Source: the human T2T-CHM13v2.0 reference genome, Homo sapiens. From it: a stretch of DNA of 64,000 bases. The translations under genes and the position numbers were made by a program. Shown here one piece after another: positions 1 to 34,512 of this stretch; within the stretch, counting starts at the first letter, position 1, and every line of letters begins with the position of its first letter. The notes beneath the pieces were generated by a model, which did not search any database, was not told the DNA's origin, and worked only from the letters and a program-made list of their open reading frames with translations. The DNA is taken from assembly GCF_009914755.1 (NCBI RefSeq), contig NC_060948.1, one strand, 5' to 3'.

Positions 1-6125
<6,125 letters not shown>

Positions 6126-6154
6126 TAGCCCCTTCCACGAAAGCTGATGTCCCT

Positions 6155-7117
<963 letters not shown>

Positions 7118-7184
7118 GTTATTCGAGGTTCATGCTGGATACACGCTGGTTGGGTGAGACATCATTGTCCCGTGACAAGCTCAT

Positions 7185-7905
<721 letters not shown>

Positions 7906-8081
7906 GGCCGGGGTGCAGTGGCTCACACCTGTAATCCTAGCACTTTGGGAGGCCGAGGCAGGCGGATCACAAGGTCAGGAGATAGAGACCAGCCTGGCCA
8001 ACATGGTGAAACCCCGTCTCTACTAAAAATACAAAAACTTAGCCAGGTGTGGTGGCGGGTGCCTGTAATCCCAGCTACTCA

Positions 8082-8210
<129 letters not shown>

Positions 8211-8309
8211 TTAAGGTGCTTTGTGAGGGTCGGATGAATACAATTGAATGGATCTGGCCCTAAGCTGGGAGTGAGCCGTGAGATACGAGCCATTATATCA
8301 CGGTGTGCA

Positions 8310-9628
8310 TCTGGTGTGCCATCTGGTTGAACTCGGGAATTTAAAGTTCTCCACATTGATGGTGAAACTCAGAAACAAGGTGTGAGCCATTGACAAGAAG
8401 AAGTATAGCAGTGCCAGTTCCAGCAGCCTTGGTGAACCGTCTGGTTGAGCTCTTGGGAAGATAAACTTCTCTACATCAATGTCAAAAGGAAGATATGAGC
8501 CTTTGACAAGAATATCCACCATGATGCCCAGTTCCAGCAGCCTGGGTGAGCCATCTGGTTGAGCTCTTGGGAAGATAAACTTCTCTACATCAATGTCAAC
8601 AAGAAGATATGAGCCTTTGACAAAAAGATCCACCGTGATGCCCAGTTCCAGCAGCCTGGCTGAGCCATCTGGTTGAGCTCTTGGGAAGATAAGCTTCTCT
8701 ACATCAATGTCAACAAGAAGATATGAGCCTTTGACAAAAAGATCCACCATGATGCCCAGTTCCAGCAGCCTGGCTGAGCCATCTGGTTGAGCTCTTGGGA
8801 AGATAAACTTCTCTACATCAATGTCAACAAGAAGATATGAGCCTTTGACAAAAAGATCCACCATGATGCCCAGTTCCAGCAGCCTGGCTGAGCCATCTGG
8901 TTGAGCTCTTGGGAAGATAAGCTTCTCTACATCAATGTCAACAAGAAGATATGAGCCTTTGACAAAAAGATCCACCATGATGCCCAGTTCCAGCAGCCTG
9001 GCTGAGCCATCTGGTTGAGCTCTTGGGAAGATAAACTTCTCTACATCAATGTCAACAAGAAGATATGAGCCTTTGACAAAAAGATCCACCATGATGCCCA
9101 GTTCCAGCAGCCTGGCTGAGCCATCTGGTTGAGCTCTTGGGAAGATAAACTTCTCTACATCAATGTCAACAAGAAGATATGAGCCTTTGACAAAAAGATC
9201 CACCATGATGCCCAGTTCCAGCAGCCTGGCTGAGCCATCTGGTTGAATTCTTGGGAAGATAAACTTCTTTACATTGATGTCAACAACAGGGCATGATTCA
9301 TTAAAGACAAAAAGGCCCATTATTGTGCCCACTTCCAGCAGCCTTGGTGAGTCATCTGATTTGGCTCTTGGAAAGACAAACTTCTCTACATGAATGGTGA
9401 AAGTCAGAAACAGGGTATGAGCCATTGCCAAGCAGACCCACTATAGTTTGCAGTTTGAGCCTTGGTAAGCCATCTGGTTGAACTCTTGGAAAGTTAAATT
9501 TCTCTACATCGATGTCAGCAACAAAGTATGAGCCATTCACAAGAAGATCCACCATGGTGGCCATTTCCAGCAGCCTTCGTGAGCCACCTGCTTGAGCTCT
9601 TGGGAGATAACCTTCTCTACATCAATTC
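8310..9628. repeat. 114-bp tandem repeat, ~11 copies (about 7 near-identical core copies, diverged edges)
   Basis: tgagccatctgg recurs at 8661, 8775 and onward (period 114); 38-aa periodicity in ORF 8298..9431. Confidence 0.95.
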
Positions 9629-9642
9629 TGGAGAGAGGCAGC

Positions 9643-10902
<1,260 letters not shown>

Positions 10903-11028
10903 GCTCCTGCAGGAATGGGGAGGCTAAGACGGTAGAGGTGCAGCCTGGTCAGCCATCTTTCACCTTTGCTGATGTTGCTATCCAGGTGTTTTCCATTGCA
11001 TGTGCATGAAGCCCTATGCTTTGTTTAG

Positions 11029-11298
<270 letters not shown>

Positions 11299-11324
11299 TA
11301 GACAGCACAAAAGGCATCTGTATT

Positions 11325-13254
11325 TGTGTGTGTGCAAGTGTCTGTGCAGGTGTGTGTACACCAATATGCTTGTGCAGAGGCGTGTGCAGATGTGTGTGTA
11401 GTTGTGTGTATGGATAGGTGCACTGTGTGCAGGTGTGTGGGGATGTGTGTGTGCAGGTCTGTGTGTGCAGACATGCACGTGTATGCAGGTGTGTGTGTGT
11501 ACAGATGTGTGTGCAGGTGTGTGTGCAGATGTGTGTGTAGTTGTGTGTATGCACATGTGCATTGTGTGCAGGTGTGTGGGGATGTGTGTGTGCAGGTCTG
11601 TGTGTGCAGACATGCATGTGTATGGAGGTGTGTGTACAGACGTGCGTGTAGGTGTGTGTGCATGTGTGTGTGTGCAGATGTGTGTATGCACATGTGCACT
11701 GTGTGCAGGTGTGTGAGGATGTGTGTGTGCAGGTCTGTGTGTGCAGACATGCGTGTGTGTGCAGGTCTGTGTGTGCAGACATGCATGTGTATGCAGGTGT
11801 GTGTGTGTACAGATGTGTGTGCAGGTGTGTGTTTGCAGATGTGTGTGCAGATGTGCATGTGTCCTTGTGTATATGCACATGTGCACTGTGTGCAGGTGTG
11901 TGTGTGTACAGATATGTGTGCAGGTGTGTGTGCAGGTGTGCTTGTGTATAGATGTGTGTGTGTAGTTCTATGTACGCCCATGTGCACTGTGTGCAGGTGT
12001 GTGGGGATGTGTGTGTGCAGGTCTGTGTGTGCAGTTGTGTGTGCAGACATGCATGTGTGTGCAGGTGTGCGTGCAGGTGTGCGTGTGTAGACAAGTGTGT
12101 GTGTGCCATTGTGCTTGTTTGTGCAGATGTACGTGCAGGTGTGTGTGCAGATGTGTGTGTGTAGCTGTGTGTACACACATGTGCCCTGTGTGCAGGTGTG
12201 TGGGGATGTGTGCGCACGTCTGTGTGTGCAGACATGCATGTGCCTGCAGGAAAGTGGGGATGTGTGAGTGTGCAGGTCTGTGTGTGCAGATGTGTTTGCA
12301 GACGTATGTGTGTGCAGGTGTGTGTGCAGGACTGTGCCAGTGTGCTTGTTTGTGCAGATGTGTGTGCAGATGTGTGTGTAGCTGTGTGTACGCCCGTGTG
12401 CACTGTGTGCAGGTGTGTGGGGATGTGTGTGCAGTTGTGTGTGCAGACATGCATGTGTGTGCAGGTGTGTGTGCAGATGTGTGTGTAGTTGTGTGTATGC
12501 ACATGTGCATTGTGTGCAGGTGTGTGGGGATGTGTGTGCAGGTCTGTGTGTGCAGATGTGTGTGCAAACATGCATGTGTGTGCAGGTGTGTGTGCAGATG
12601 TGCGTGTGTAGACAAGTGTGTGTGCCATTGTGCTTGTTTGTGCAGACGTACGTGCAGGTGTGTGTGCAGATGTGTGTGTGTAGCTGTGTGTACACACATG
12701 TGCCCTGTGTGCAGGTGTGTGGGGATGTGTGCACACGTCTGTGTGTGCAGACATGCATGTGCCTGCAGGAAAGTGGGGATGTGTGAGTGTGCAGGTCTGT
12801 GTGTGCAGATGTGTGTGCAGACATGTATGTGTGTGCAGGTGTGTGTGCAGGACTGTGCCAGTGTGCTTGTTTGTGCAGATGTGTGTGCAGATGTGTGTGT
12901 AGCTGTGTGTATGCCCATGTGCACTGTGTGCAGGTGTGTGGGGATGTGTGTGTGCAGGTCTGTGTGTGCAGTTGTGTGTGCAGACATGCATATGTGTGCA
13001 GGTGTGTGTGCAAATGTGTGTGTAGCTGTGTGTACGCCCATGCGCACTGTGTGCAGGTGTGTGGAGATGTGTGTGTGCAGGTCTGTGTGTGCAGGTGTGT
13101 GTGCAAACATGCACACGCGTGCAAGCATGTGTGCAGGAGTGTGTGTGCACGTGTGTGCGGGCGTGTGGAAATGTGTGCGTGTGCAGGTCTGTGTGTGCAG
13201 ATGTGTGTGCAGACATACATGTGTGTGCAGGTGTGTGTGTGTAGATGTGTGTGG
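11325..13254. repeat. Complex (TG)n/TGTGTGCAG repeat, 1.9 kb
   Basis: Read directly; internal ~520-bp duplication. Confidence 0.95.
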
Positions 13255-13330
13255 GACTCACACTTGAGCTGTTCCACGGGCCAGTCTTTGGAGACGAGGT
13301 CAGGAGCCAATGAACTCACGGAGCAATTAC

Positions 13331-13362
13331 AGGTTTCCCAATCCTATGAAATGAGGAAGCAG
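13331..13362 (+). promoter_or_regulatory. CSF2RA: TATA-less myeloid promoter: C/EBP-like site (TTTCCCAAT 13334-13342) next to PU.1 site (GAAATGAGGAAGC 13348-13360)
   Basis: Motifs read directly ~40-70 bp upstream of exon 1; consistent with known PU.1/C/EBPalpha control of this gene. Confidence 0.8.
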
Positions 13363-13400
13363 GGGAGGGAGGGGCAGGGAGTGTATGATGACAGAGAGGA

Positions 13401-13481
13401 ACTCTGAAGGGAGCTACTCAGAAGCGGGAGTCTCCGAGAGAAGAAAAGCAGGTGGAAGGAGAGGAAGCGGATGCCGTGGGG
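13401..13481 (+). other. CSF2RA: Exon 1 (5'UTR), start approximate
   Basis: Donor GGG|gtaagc after 13481; matches recalled mRNA 5' end. Confidence 0.85.
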
Positions 13482-13903
13482 GTAAGCTAAGTTCTTTCCT
13501 TCTGTGGTCTTTGAGCATGTCGAGTCACCCGGGTACATGTTTCTGCTGTGTCTGTGGATAGAAAAGAAAGAGACTGAACTGGAACATAAGATTTCAAACG
13601 TTGGCTCGAGCCGAAGTGGGGACAGCGGCCCAGAAGACTGAGAGCCAAGGAACCTTGCATATGAGTTGTCTTCTGCCTTTGTTATATGCAGGTTTTTAAA
13701 GGCAAAATTAAAAAAATAAAATAAAATAAAAAGAGGGAGGTGTTGTTGGAGGACAGGGAGGGGGCTTCTGTGAAGCTGTTTGCTGGGAATTCTCGTTGGT
13801 TTACAGAAAAAAACAATTGATTAATGATTGGCTGTACATTGCTAAGCTACAGGGCGTTGGGGTGTAGTATCTAGCACGGAATTATCACGTGAATTCACAG
13901 CTA

Positions 13904-15360
<1,457 letters not shown>

Positions 15361-15915
15361 AGCTGGGCGTGGTGTAATCCCAGGACTTTGGGAGGCTGAG
15401 GTGGGCGGATCACCTGAGGTCAGGAGTTCGAGACCAGCCTGGCCAACAGGGTGAAACCCCATCTCTACTAAAAATACCCAAAATTAGCCGGGGCGTGGTG
15501 GCGGGCGCCTGTAATCCCAATATTTTGGAAGGCTGAGGTGACAGAGGATTGCTTGAGGCCACAGCAATTCCAGACCAGCCCGGGGCAACATCGTAAGATT
15601 CCCCCATCCCTCGTGTATAAAAAAAAGATTAAATTATTACAAATTTTAAAAAAGACAGAAATGAAGCATCTTAAGTTACCACCCAGATTGGGGTACTAAG
15701 AGTCTGGATTTGGACAGCTTGTTGCGCGTTTTATAGGTGTGCTAAATCACATTTCACTCTTTTTGTTGAGACAGAGTCTTGTGCTGTCGCCCAGGCTGGA
15801 GTGCATGGTGCAATCTCCACTCACTGCAACCTCCACCTCCCGAGTTCAAGCAATTCTCCTGCATTAGCCTCCTGAGTAGCTAGGATTACAGGCACGTGCC
15901 ACCATGCCCAGCTAA

Positions 15916-16239
<324 letters not shown>

Positions 16240-16343
16240 TAGATTTTTGGTTTAAACTCGAGAAGCTCTTCTCGAGGGCTGAAAGCTCTTGGTCCCCTGT
16301 AGGTTTGCTGTAGATGACAGACATGAGGCAGATTGATTAATAA

Positions 16344-16727
<384 letters not shown>

Positions 16728-16865
16728 TGAGGTTCAGAAGCTAGTACACCACATTGAGACTACAGAAAGGATAGGGGATTGGATCCTGGTACAAAAAAAA
16801 AAAAAGGTTATAGGGTTGGGGGGAAAGAGGAATTCTATTGAGGAGCAATATATAATTTCTACTGA

Positions 16866-17198
<333 letters not shown>

Positions 17199-17395
17199 TA
17201 GCTTCTTCTTTTTCTTTTTTTTTTTTCTTTCTTTTTTTCTTTTTTTTTTTAGATGGAGTCTAACTCTGTCGCCCAGACTGGAGTACAGTGGCACAATCTC
17301 AGCTCACCACAGCCTCCACCTCCCAAGGTCAAGCAATTCTCCTGCCTCAGCCTCCCAAGTAGCTGAGATTACAGGCACGTACCACTACTGCCTGA

Positions 17396-17623
<228 letters not shown>

Positions 17624-17723
17624 TGAACCCTGTATATCGTGACTTACTTTCCAACCTGACTCTGGCAAACGTTACAAGACAGAGAAAAAAACAACATATG
17701 TTGCCCCAAAATATGTTTCTTAG

Positions 17724-18278
<555 letters not shown>

Positions 18279-18572
18279 TGACAGGCGTGAGTCACCGCGC
18301 CCGGCATGAAAGGGTTTTTCATTAAAAATCCTTGTTATACCGTGGAGCCCTGTGTTGGGGTAAAATATCATGATTTCCCTCACTCTCCATCATTCTTGCT
18401 TTGAATCTGAGAAGGAAGCTTGGCGGCCTCTATTTTAGGATCAGCCGAAAATTTCCAGAAAGGGGAAAGAAAACTCATTCTGTAAACACAAAAAAGAAGA
18501 AGAGAAAAAAGTATAAGCGGTACAGACAAAACGCAAAGATGTTGCATAATTTTCCGTGAGTGCAAAATGTCC

Positions 18573-21304
<2,732 letters not shown>

Positions 21305-21604
21305 TGAAGGCTAAAGAACTGAAATGTTTTGCTCCGTAATGATGAACCAGGATAGAAGTGAGAACTCAGGGCAGAAGAATCTGAATGAGGAACTGTCTGA
21401 CCTATGACAAATTTAACATGTCACGTTCCCTCTGAGACAGTACACATCCTCCTGAAGCAGCGTGACAAGGCACATCCTCCTGAAGGGTCTCCAGGCAGAA
21501 GAGACGCATGAACCTGTCAAAAAAAAAAAAAAAAAAGAGCCGGCCGGGCGCAGTGGCTCAAGCCTGTAATCCCAGCACTGTGGGAGGCTGAGGCGGGGGG
21601 ATCA

Positions 21605-21947
<343 letters not shown>

Positions 21948-22009
21948 TTATATGTTTTTGTTTGTTTACTTATTTTACTTTATTTTATTTATTTATTTAT
22001 TTATTTTGA

Positions 22010-22194
<185 letters not shown>

Positions 22195-22407
22195 TAGCCA
22201 GGATGGTCTCGATCTCCTGACCTCGTGATCCGCCCGCCTCAGCCTCCCAAAGTGTTGGGATTACAGGCACCCGCCACCACGCCCGGCCAATTTTTGTATT
22301 TTTAGTAGCGACGGGGTTTCACCATGTTGGCCAGGCTGGTCTCAAACTTGTGACCTCACATGATCTGCTCACCTCGGCCTCCCAAAGTGCTGGGATTACA
22401 GGCGTAA

Positions 22408-22701
<294 letters not shown>

Positions 22702-22748
22702 TGATCTGCCTGCCTCAGCCTCCAGAAGTACTGGGATTACAGCCGTGA

Positions 22749-23054
<306 letters not shown>

Positions 23055-23268
23055 TGAGCCTCTCAAAGTGCTGGGATTGCAGGCGTGAGCCTCTGTGGCC
23101 AGCCAACAGACAGTTTTGCAGGACCATTTCAAAATATGTCAAGTAAATATATTTTGGGGTGAAATGTATTTTAAAGTGGCATATACTGATTTCCCACAGT
23201 CTTGTCTGGGGAGGCATATCCTGGCCTCCTAGAAAGCATACACAGTAGCAGACAGGTGTGGTGGCTCA

Positions 23269-23547
<279 letters not shown>

Positions 23548-23809
23548 TTACGCAGTAGCTGAGAAGACAGGGAAAAGAGGTGAAGAAATGACAGAAAGCT
23601 TAGAAGTCGCTCATTATAACCCCTTCCTACCCCATCTCATGCTTCCCTTAAAGCATAAACGAAGGGTGCTTGTGTTACAGGAAAGGGGTTCGGATCCAGC
23701 CCCCAAGAGGGGGTTCTTGGATCTCACGCAAGAAAGAATTCAGGGCGGCCGGGCGCTGTGGCTCACACCTGTAATCCCAGCACCTTGGGAGGCAGAGGCG
23801 GGCGGATCA

Positions 23810-24022
<213 letters not shown>

Positions 24023-24045
24023 TCAAAAAAAAAAAAAAAAAAAAA

Positions 24046-25486
<1,441 letters not shown>

Positions 25487-26098
25487 TCAACCAAGAAGGC
25501 CGTACGTACAGTGGCTCACACCTGTCATCCCATCACTTTGGGAGGCCGAGGCAGGGGGATCACTTGAGATCAGGAGTTTGAGACCAGCCTGGCCAACATG
25601 GTGAAACCCCGTCTCTACTAAAAATACAAAAATTAGCCAGGCGTGTTGGTGCGTGCCTGTAGTCCCAGCTACTCGGAGGCTGAGGCAGTAGAATGGCTTC
25701 AACTTGGGAGACGGAGGTTGCAGTGAGCCGAGATGGCACCACTGCACTCCAGCCTGGGCGACAGAGCAAGACCGTCTACAAAATAATAATAATAATTAAT
25801 AATAATAATAATAACTAGTGCAAGAGAAGTACACAAATATCCCAAACATTTAGTGACTCAGCAGAGGGGGCCAGTCTCAAGGAACAGGACTTCTACACCT
25901 GTTACCACCACCTGGGGAGTTGTATCTGAATCTCAAGGTCAGGCCCACCCAGACAGAACATGCATCTCTAGGGTGCCACAGGAGAGTCTGTCCAGTGCCC
26001 AGAAACACCTGCAAGACCCAGAAGCAGGCTCCAAGAAGCGGGGTGCCACAGTCCAGTGGGGGAAGCGGCCACATCCCTGTCATGTGGGCTACAGATGA

Positions 26099-26404
<306 letters not shown>

Positions 26405-26616
26405 TAGATGAGGTTTCACCGTATTAGCCAAGCTGGTCCCGAACTCCTGACCTCAGGCGATCCGCCTGCCTTGGCCTCCCAAAGTGCTGGGATTACAGGC
26501 GTGAGCCACTGTGCCCGGCCGAGAGACGCAATCTTTCAGAGAGGAGGTTTGGAGCAGGAACCTCAGGGTGGACAGATGGGTCCCACCAGGTGCAGATGCT
26601 TGAACTAAAGATGCTA

Positions 26617-26943
<327 letters not shown>

Positions 26944-27040
26944 TTAGTTTGGTCCATAAAGGCGGGACAACTCAAAGTGGGGGCTTCCAGGCTATAAATG
27001 AATTTAAACATTTTCTGGTTGACAATTGGTTGAGTTTGTA

Positions 27041-28042
27041 GCTCCTCCTCCTTCTCTTCTTCCTCCTCCTTCTCCCCCCTTCCTCCTCTTCCTCCTCTTC
27101 CTCCTCCTCCTTCTTCTTCTCTTCTTTCTTCTTCTTCTCTTTCCCCTTCTTCTTCTTCTTCCTCCTCCTTCTCCTCCTCCTTTTTCTTCTTCTTCCTTAT
27201 GGGCTTGGATAGAAGTATATTGACATGGATCCACCATTTGTAGAATCATACCGAGTAGCTTCTTTTCTCCTCCTTCCTCTCCTTCTCCTCCTCCTCCTCC
27301 TCCTCCTTCTCCTGCTCCTTCTCCTCCTCCTCCTCCTGCTCCTTCTCCTCCTCCTCCTCCTTCTCCTCCTCCTCCTCCTGCTTCTCCTCCTCCTCCTTCT
27401 CCTCCTCCTGCTTCTCCTCCTCCTCCTTCTCCTCCTCCTTCTTCTCCTCCTCCTCCTTCTCCTCCTCCTCCTTCTCCTCCTCCTCCTTCTCCTCCTCCTC
27501 ATTCTCCTCCTGCTCCCCTTCTCCTCCTCCTTCTCCTCCTCCTCCTTCTCCTCCTGCTCCCCTTCTCCTCCTCCTTCTCCTCCTCCTCCTCCTCCTGCTC
27601 CTCCTCCTCCAGCTCCCCTTCTCCTCCTACTCCTCCTTCTCCTCCTTCTCCTTCTCCTCCTTCTCCTACTCCTCCTTCTCCTACTCCTCCTTCTCCTACT
27701 CCTCCTTCTCCTCTTCCTTCTTCTCCTCCTCCTGCTCCTTCTCCTCCTCTTCCTCCTACTCCTCCTTCTCTTCCTTCTCCTCCTCCTCCTTCTCCTCCTC
27801 CTCCTTCTCCTCTTCCTCCTTCTCCTCCTCCTCCTTCTCCTCCTCCTCCCTCTCCTCCTCCTCCGCCTTCTCCTACTCCTCCTTCTCCTCCTCCTTCTTC
27901 TCCTCCTCCTGCTCCTTCTCCTCCTCCTCCTTCTCCTCCTGCTCCTTCTCCTCCTCTTCCTCCTACTCCTCCTTCTCTTCCTTCTCCTCCTCCTCCTTCT
28001 CCTCCTCCTGCACCTTTCCTCCTCCTCCTTCTTTTTCCTTTT
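27041..28042. repeat. (CCT/CTT)n polypyrimidine tract, ~1 kb, with a 65-bp interruption
   Basis: Read directly. Confidence 0.95.
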
Positions 28043-28440
28043 TTGCATAAAGAAGTATCAAATAAGAGTAGTTTCACTGCCCTAAACATCCTCTGAGGTC
28101 CATGTATTCATCCCTCCATCTGCCCAACGCCAACCAACTCCGGATCTTTTTACTGTTTCCATGATTTTGTCTTTTCCACAGTGTCCAAGTGTTAGAATGA
28201 CTCAGTCTGCAGCCATCTCAAAGTGGATTCTTTCCCTTAGTCATAAGTATTTAAACTTCATTCATGTCGTTTTATGTACTCACCCTTTTTTTCTTCCTCT
28301 TCTTTTTTTTTTTTTTTTCACTTTCCTTTTATAGCTGTTGCAAAAGTCAAGATTTTTTAAAAAATATAAAAGAGCAGGGCCGGGCACGGTGGCTCACGCC
28401 TGTAATCCCAGCACTTTGGGAGGCCGAGGCAGGTGGATCA

Positions 28441-28743
<303 letters not shown>

Positions 28744-29171
28744 TTATCTTATTTCCCCAAATCCACTAATTATTAACAGAAAGTAAAAGCTATGAAAAAT
28801 GAATGAAAGTGACTGCAATTTCCTTGAAGTGTGTTAGAACCTGCCTTTAGTGTCAGCTATGGGTTCCCTCATGAAGGTCAGCTGAGCCATGACCCATGAA
28901 CCATGGAAGCTTGACTCTAGATTGACCATCTTGAGATGCCAAAGATGTCCACGTCCTAATCCCATGTGGGAGACAGAATAATGGCCCTGCAGACCTTCCC
29001 AGCTGGCCATGACCCCTCATTTGACCAGGTCAGCGGCTGACCACCATCCTGGGTTTGTTTCCCCAAATCACCTCCCTGGGGTCCCCTGCCAGGAATGTCC
29101 TGGGAGAGGCAACCTTCTCACTGTGTGATATTTTCTCTCCTGCAGCTCTTCCCTTCTCTCTGACCAGCACC

Positions 29172-29247
29172 ATGCTTCTCCTGGTGACAAGCCTTCTGCT
29201 CTGTGAGTTACCACACCCAGCATTCCTCCTGATCCCAGAGAAATCGG
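29172..29247 (+). CDS. CSF2RA: Exon 3 coding part: signal peptide (exon starts 29146)
   Basis: Kozak caccATG; [25 protein letters not shown]; donor G|gtaagt. Confidence 0.97.
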
Positions 29248-29531
29248 GTAAGTATGGAAACCTGGCTGAACCTTCTCCGCGGCCCCTGTTTAGATGTCCT
29301 GCATCTGGAGACCCATCTGGATACCTGGGTCCATCTGCATTTCATCTCTAATGTTTATGAGGGACCCAATAAGCACCAGCCAACCCACCAGAAGCTCAGA
29401 GCTCCTCTTGTTCTCACCTCCTTTTCTGCTGTTAATTCCCATCCACCCATTCTACAGATGAGAAAACGGAGGCTCAGATACCTCCACAGTTTAACCCAAC
29501 GACCATCCAGGTAGTGATGGGGCCAGGATGA

Positions 29532-30313
<782 letters not shown>

Positions 30314-31115
30314 TGAGCCGCCACACCCAGCCTCTTGTTTGTTGACTTCTTAATAGCAGCCATTGTGACTGGCGTGGAATGATAGCTCATTGTGGTTTTG
30401 ATTTGCGTTTCCGGGAGGGACCCTCTTGACTGAGGGTGTCAGGGCCTCTGCTTCAGGAAAGTATTTCCAGGTTTTTGTGACCTGGTTCAGGGAAGACAGA
30501 CAAAGACAGCTTTCTGTTTCTGCAATTTTCTCAAATTCCTTCAGCTTTATATTAAACTGCCAAGGTTCCATAATTTGGGAAGTGTGTTCAGAGCCACATC
30601 ACTCTGGATAAAGAGCCTTTGCCTGTTCTCATTCAAGCGGTTTTCTTTCTCTGTCTCTCTTTTTTTTTTTTTTTTTTTTTTTTTGAGACAGGATCTCGCT
30701 CTGTCTCCCAGGCTGGAGTGCAGTGGCGTGATCTCGGCTCACTGCAGCCTCAGCTTTCTGGGATCAAGTATCCTCCCACTCCAGCCTCCCAAGTAGCTGG
30801 GACTGCAGAAATACACCACCATGCCAAGCTAATTTAAATTTTTTTTTTAATTTTATAGAGGAGATCTTGCTATGTTGCCAAGACTAGTTTTTGATTTTTT
30901 TTTTTTTTGAGATGGAGTCTTACTCTGTCACCCAGGCTGGAGTGCAGTGGCGCGATCTCGGCTCACTGCAGCCTCAGCTTTCTGGGATCAAGTATCCTCC
31001 CACTCCAGCCTCCCAAGTAGCTGGGACTGCAGAAATACACCACCATGCCAAGCTAATTTAAATTTTTTTTTTTTTAAATTTTATAGACGAGATCTTGCTA
31101 TGTTGCCAAGACTAG

Positions 31116-31517
<402 letters not shown>

Positions 31518-31937
31518 TAAATTTTTAAAAAAAAATTTTTTTTAAAGAGATGCGATCTTGCTATGTTGCCCAGGCGGGATCTGAACCTACTGGGCTCAAG
31601 TCAGCTTTTTGCCTCAGCCTCCCAAGGTGCTGGGATTAGAGGCGTGAGCCACCACCCCCAGTCTTCAGATGATTTTTGAATATTTCTGCAGTAGAAATCT
31701 CCTTTTTCAGAAACAGCCAGGGGGCTGTGAAAAGGAGGGAAGATGGACAAGGGAGGAACAGATACCTGAGGATGTGGGACGTCCTGGGGCCATGTGGGTG
31801 ACAGAGGAAAATCAGCAGGCTTCAGCCCTGAACTTCACCTCCCAGAGCCGGGTGGGAGGACAGAAAACAGGGCCGGCCGGGCACGGTGGCTCACGCCTGT
31901 TATCCCAGCACTTCGGGAGGCTGAGGCAGGCGGATCA

Positions 31938-32433
<496 letters not shown>

Positions 32434-32732
32434 TAAAAGCAACAGGGCCGGCTGGGCGCGGCGGCTCACGCCTGTAATCCCAGCACTTTGGGAGGCCGAG
32501 GCGGGCGGATCACCTGAGGTCGGGAGTTCGAGACCAGCCTGACCAACATGGTGAAACCCCGTCTCTACTACAAATACAAAATTAGCCGGGCGTGCTGGTG
32601 CATGCCTGTAGTCCCAGCTACTCAGGAGGCTGAGGGCAGAAGAATTACTCGAACCCGGGAGGTGGAAGTTGCAGTGAGTCGAGCTCGTGCCATTGCACTC
32701 CAGCCTGGGTGACAGAGCGAGACTCCGTCTCA

Positions 32733-33044
<312 letters not shown>

Positions 33045-33547
33045 TCAATTAAATAAAAGCGAGAGGGCCACAGACACAAACAACACAAGTGTGGTATTTG
33101 GAGAAATGTCACAGCCATAATCTCACGGGAACCGGGAAAGTGCTGTTAGCTCATGTCCACAATGTGTACCAGAGCCTGATTCCCTGAGGCAGAGCCTATG
33201 TTACCGTATTTTACCCCAAGAGAAGAGAAATCCTGGCAAATGCAGTTGGATGTGCCCCTGGGTCTGTGGTGGAAGCAGGACGGAGAAAAGTAAAGTGTCA
33301 GTCACGTTGTCAGTGTGTCACCGTCCTGGTTCCCCAAGGGATTAAGGTCAGGGTTTTTGGAACACAGGAGACAGAGACAGAAGAGCGGGGAGAGGGGAGG
33401 GAAGGAGGGAGAAACACAGAGAAAGGATAGAAGGAGGAGGGAGAGGAAGAGAGAAATATGGATGATCGATAGATAGGTGATAGATGATTTATTGACTGAT
33501 AGGTGATAATAGATGATTGGAAGATTGATAATCAATTCTATAGGTAG

Positions 33548-34512
<965 letters not shown>

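Noticed and set aside
27197-28089. Poly-Leu, poly-Arg and Gly/Glu ORFs
   Set aside because: Translations of the (CCT)n tract
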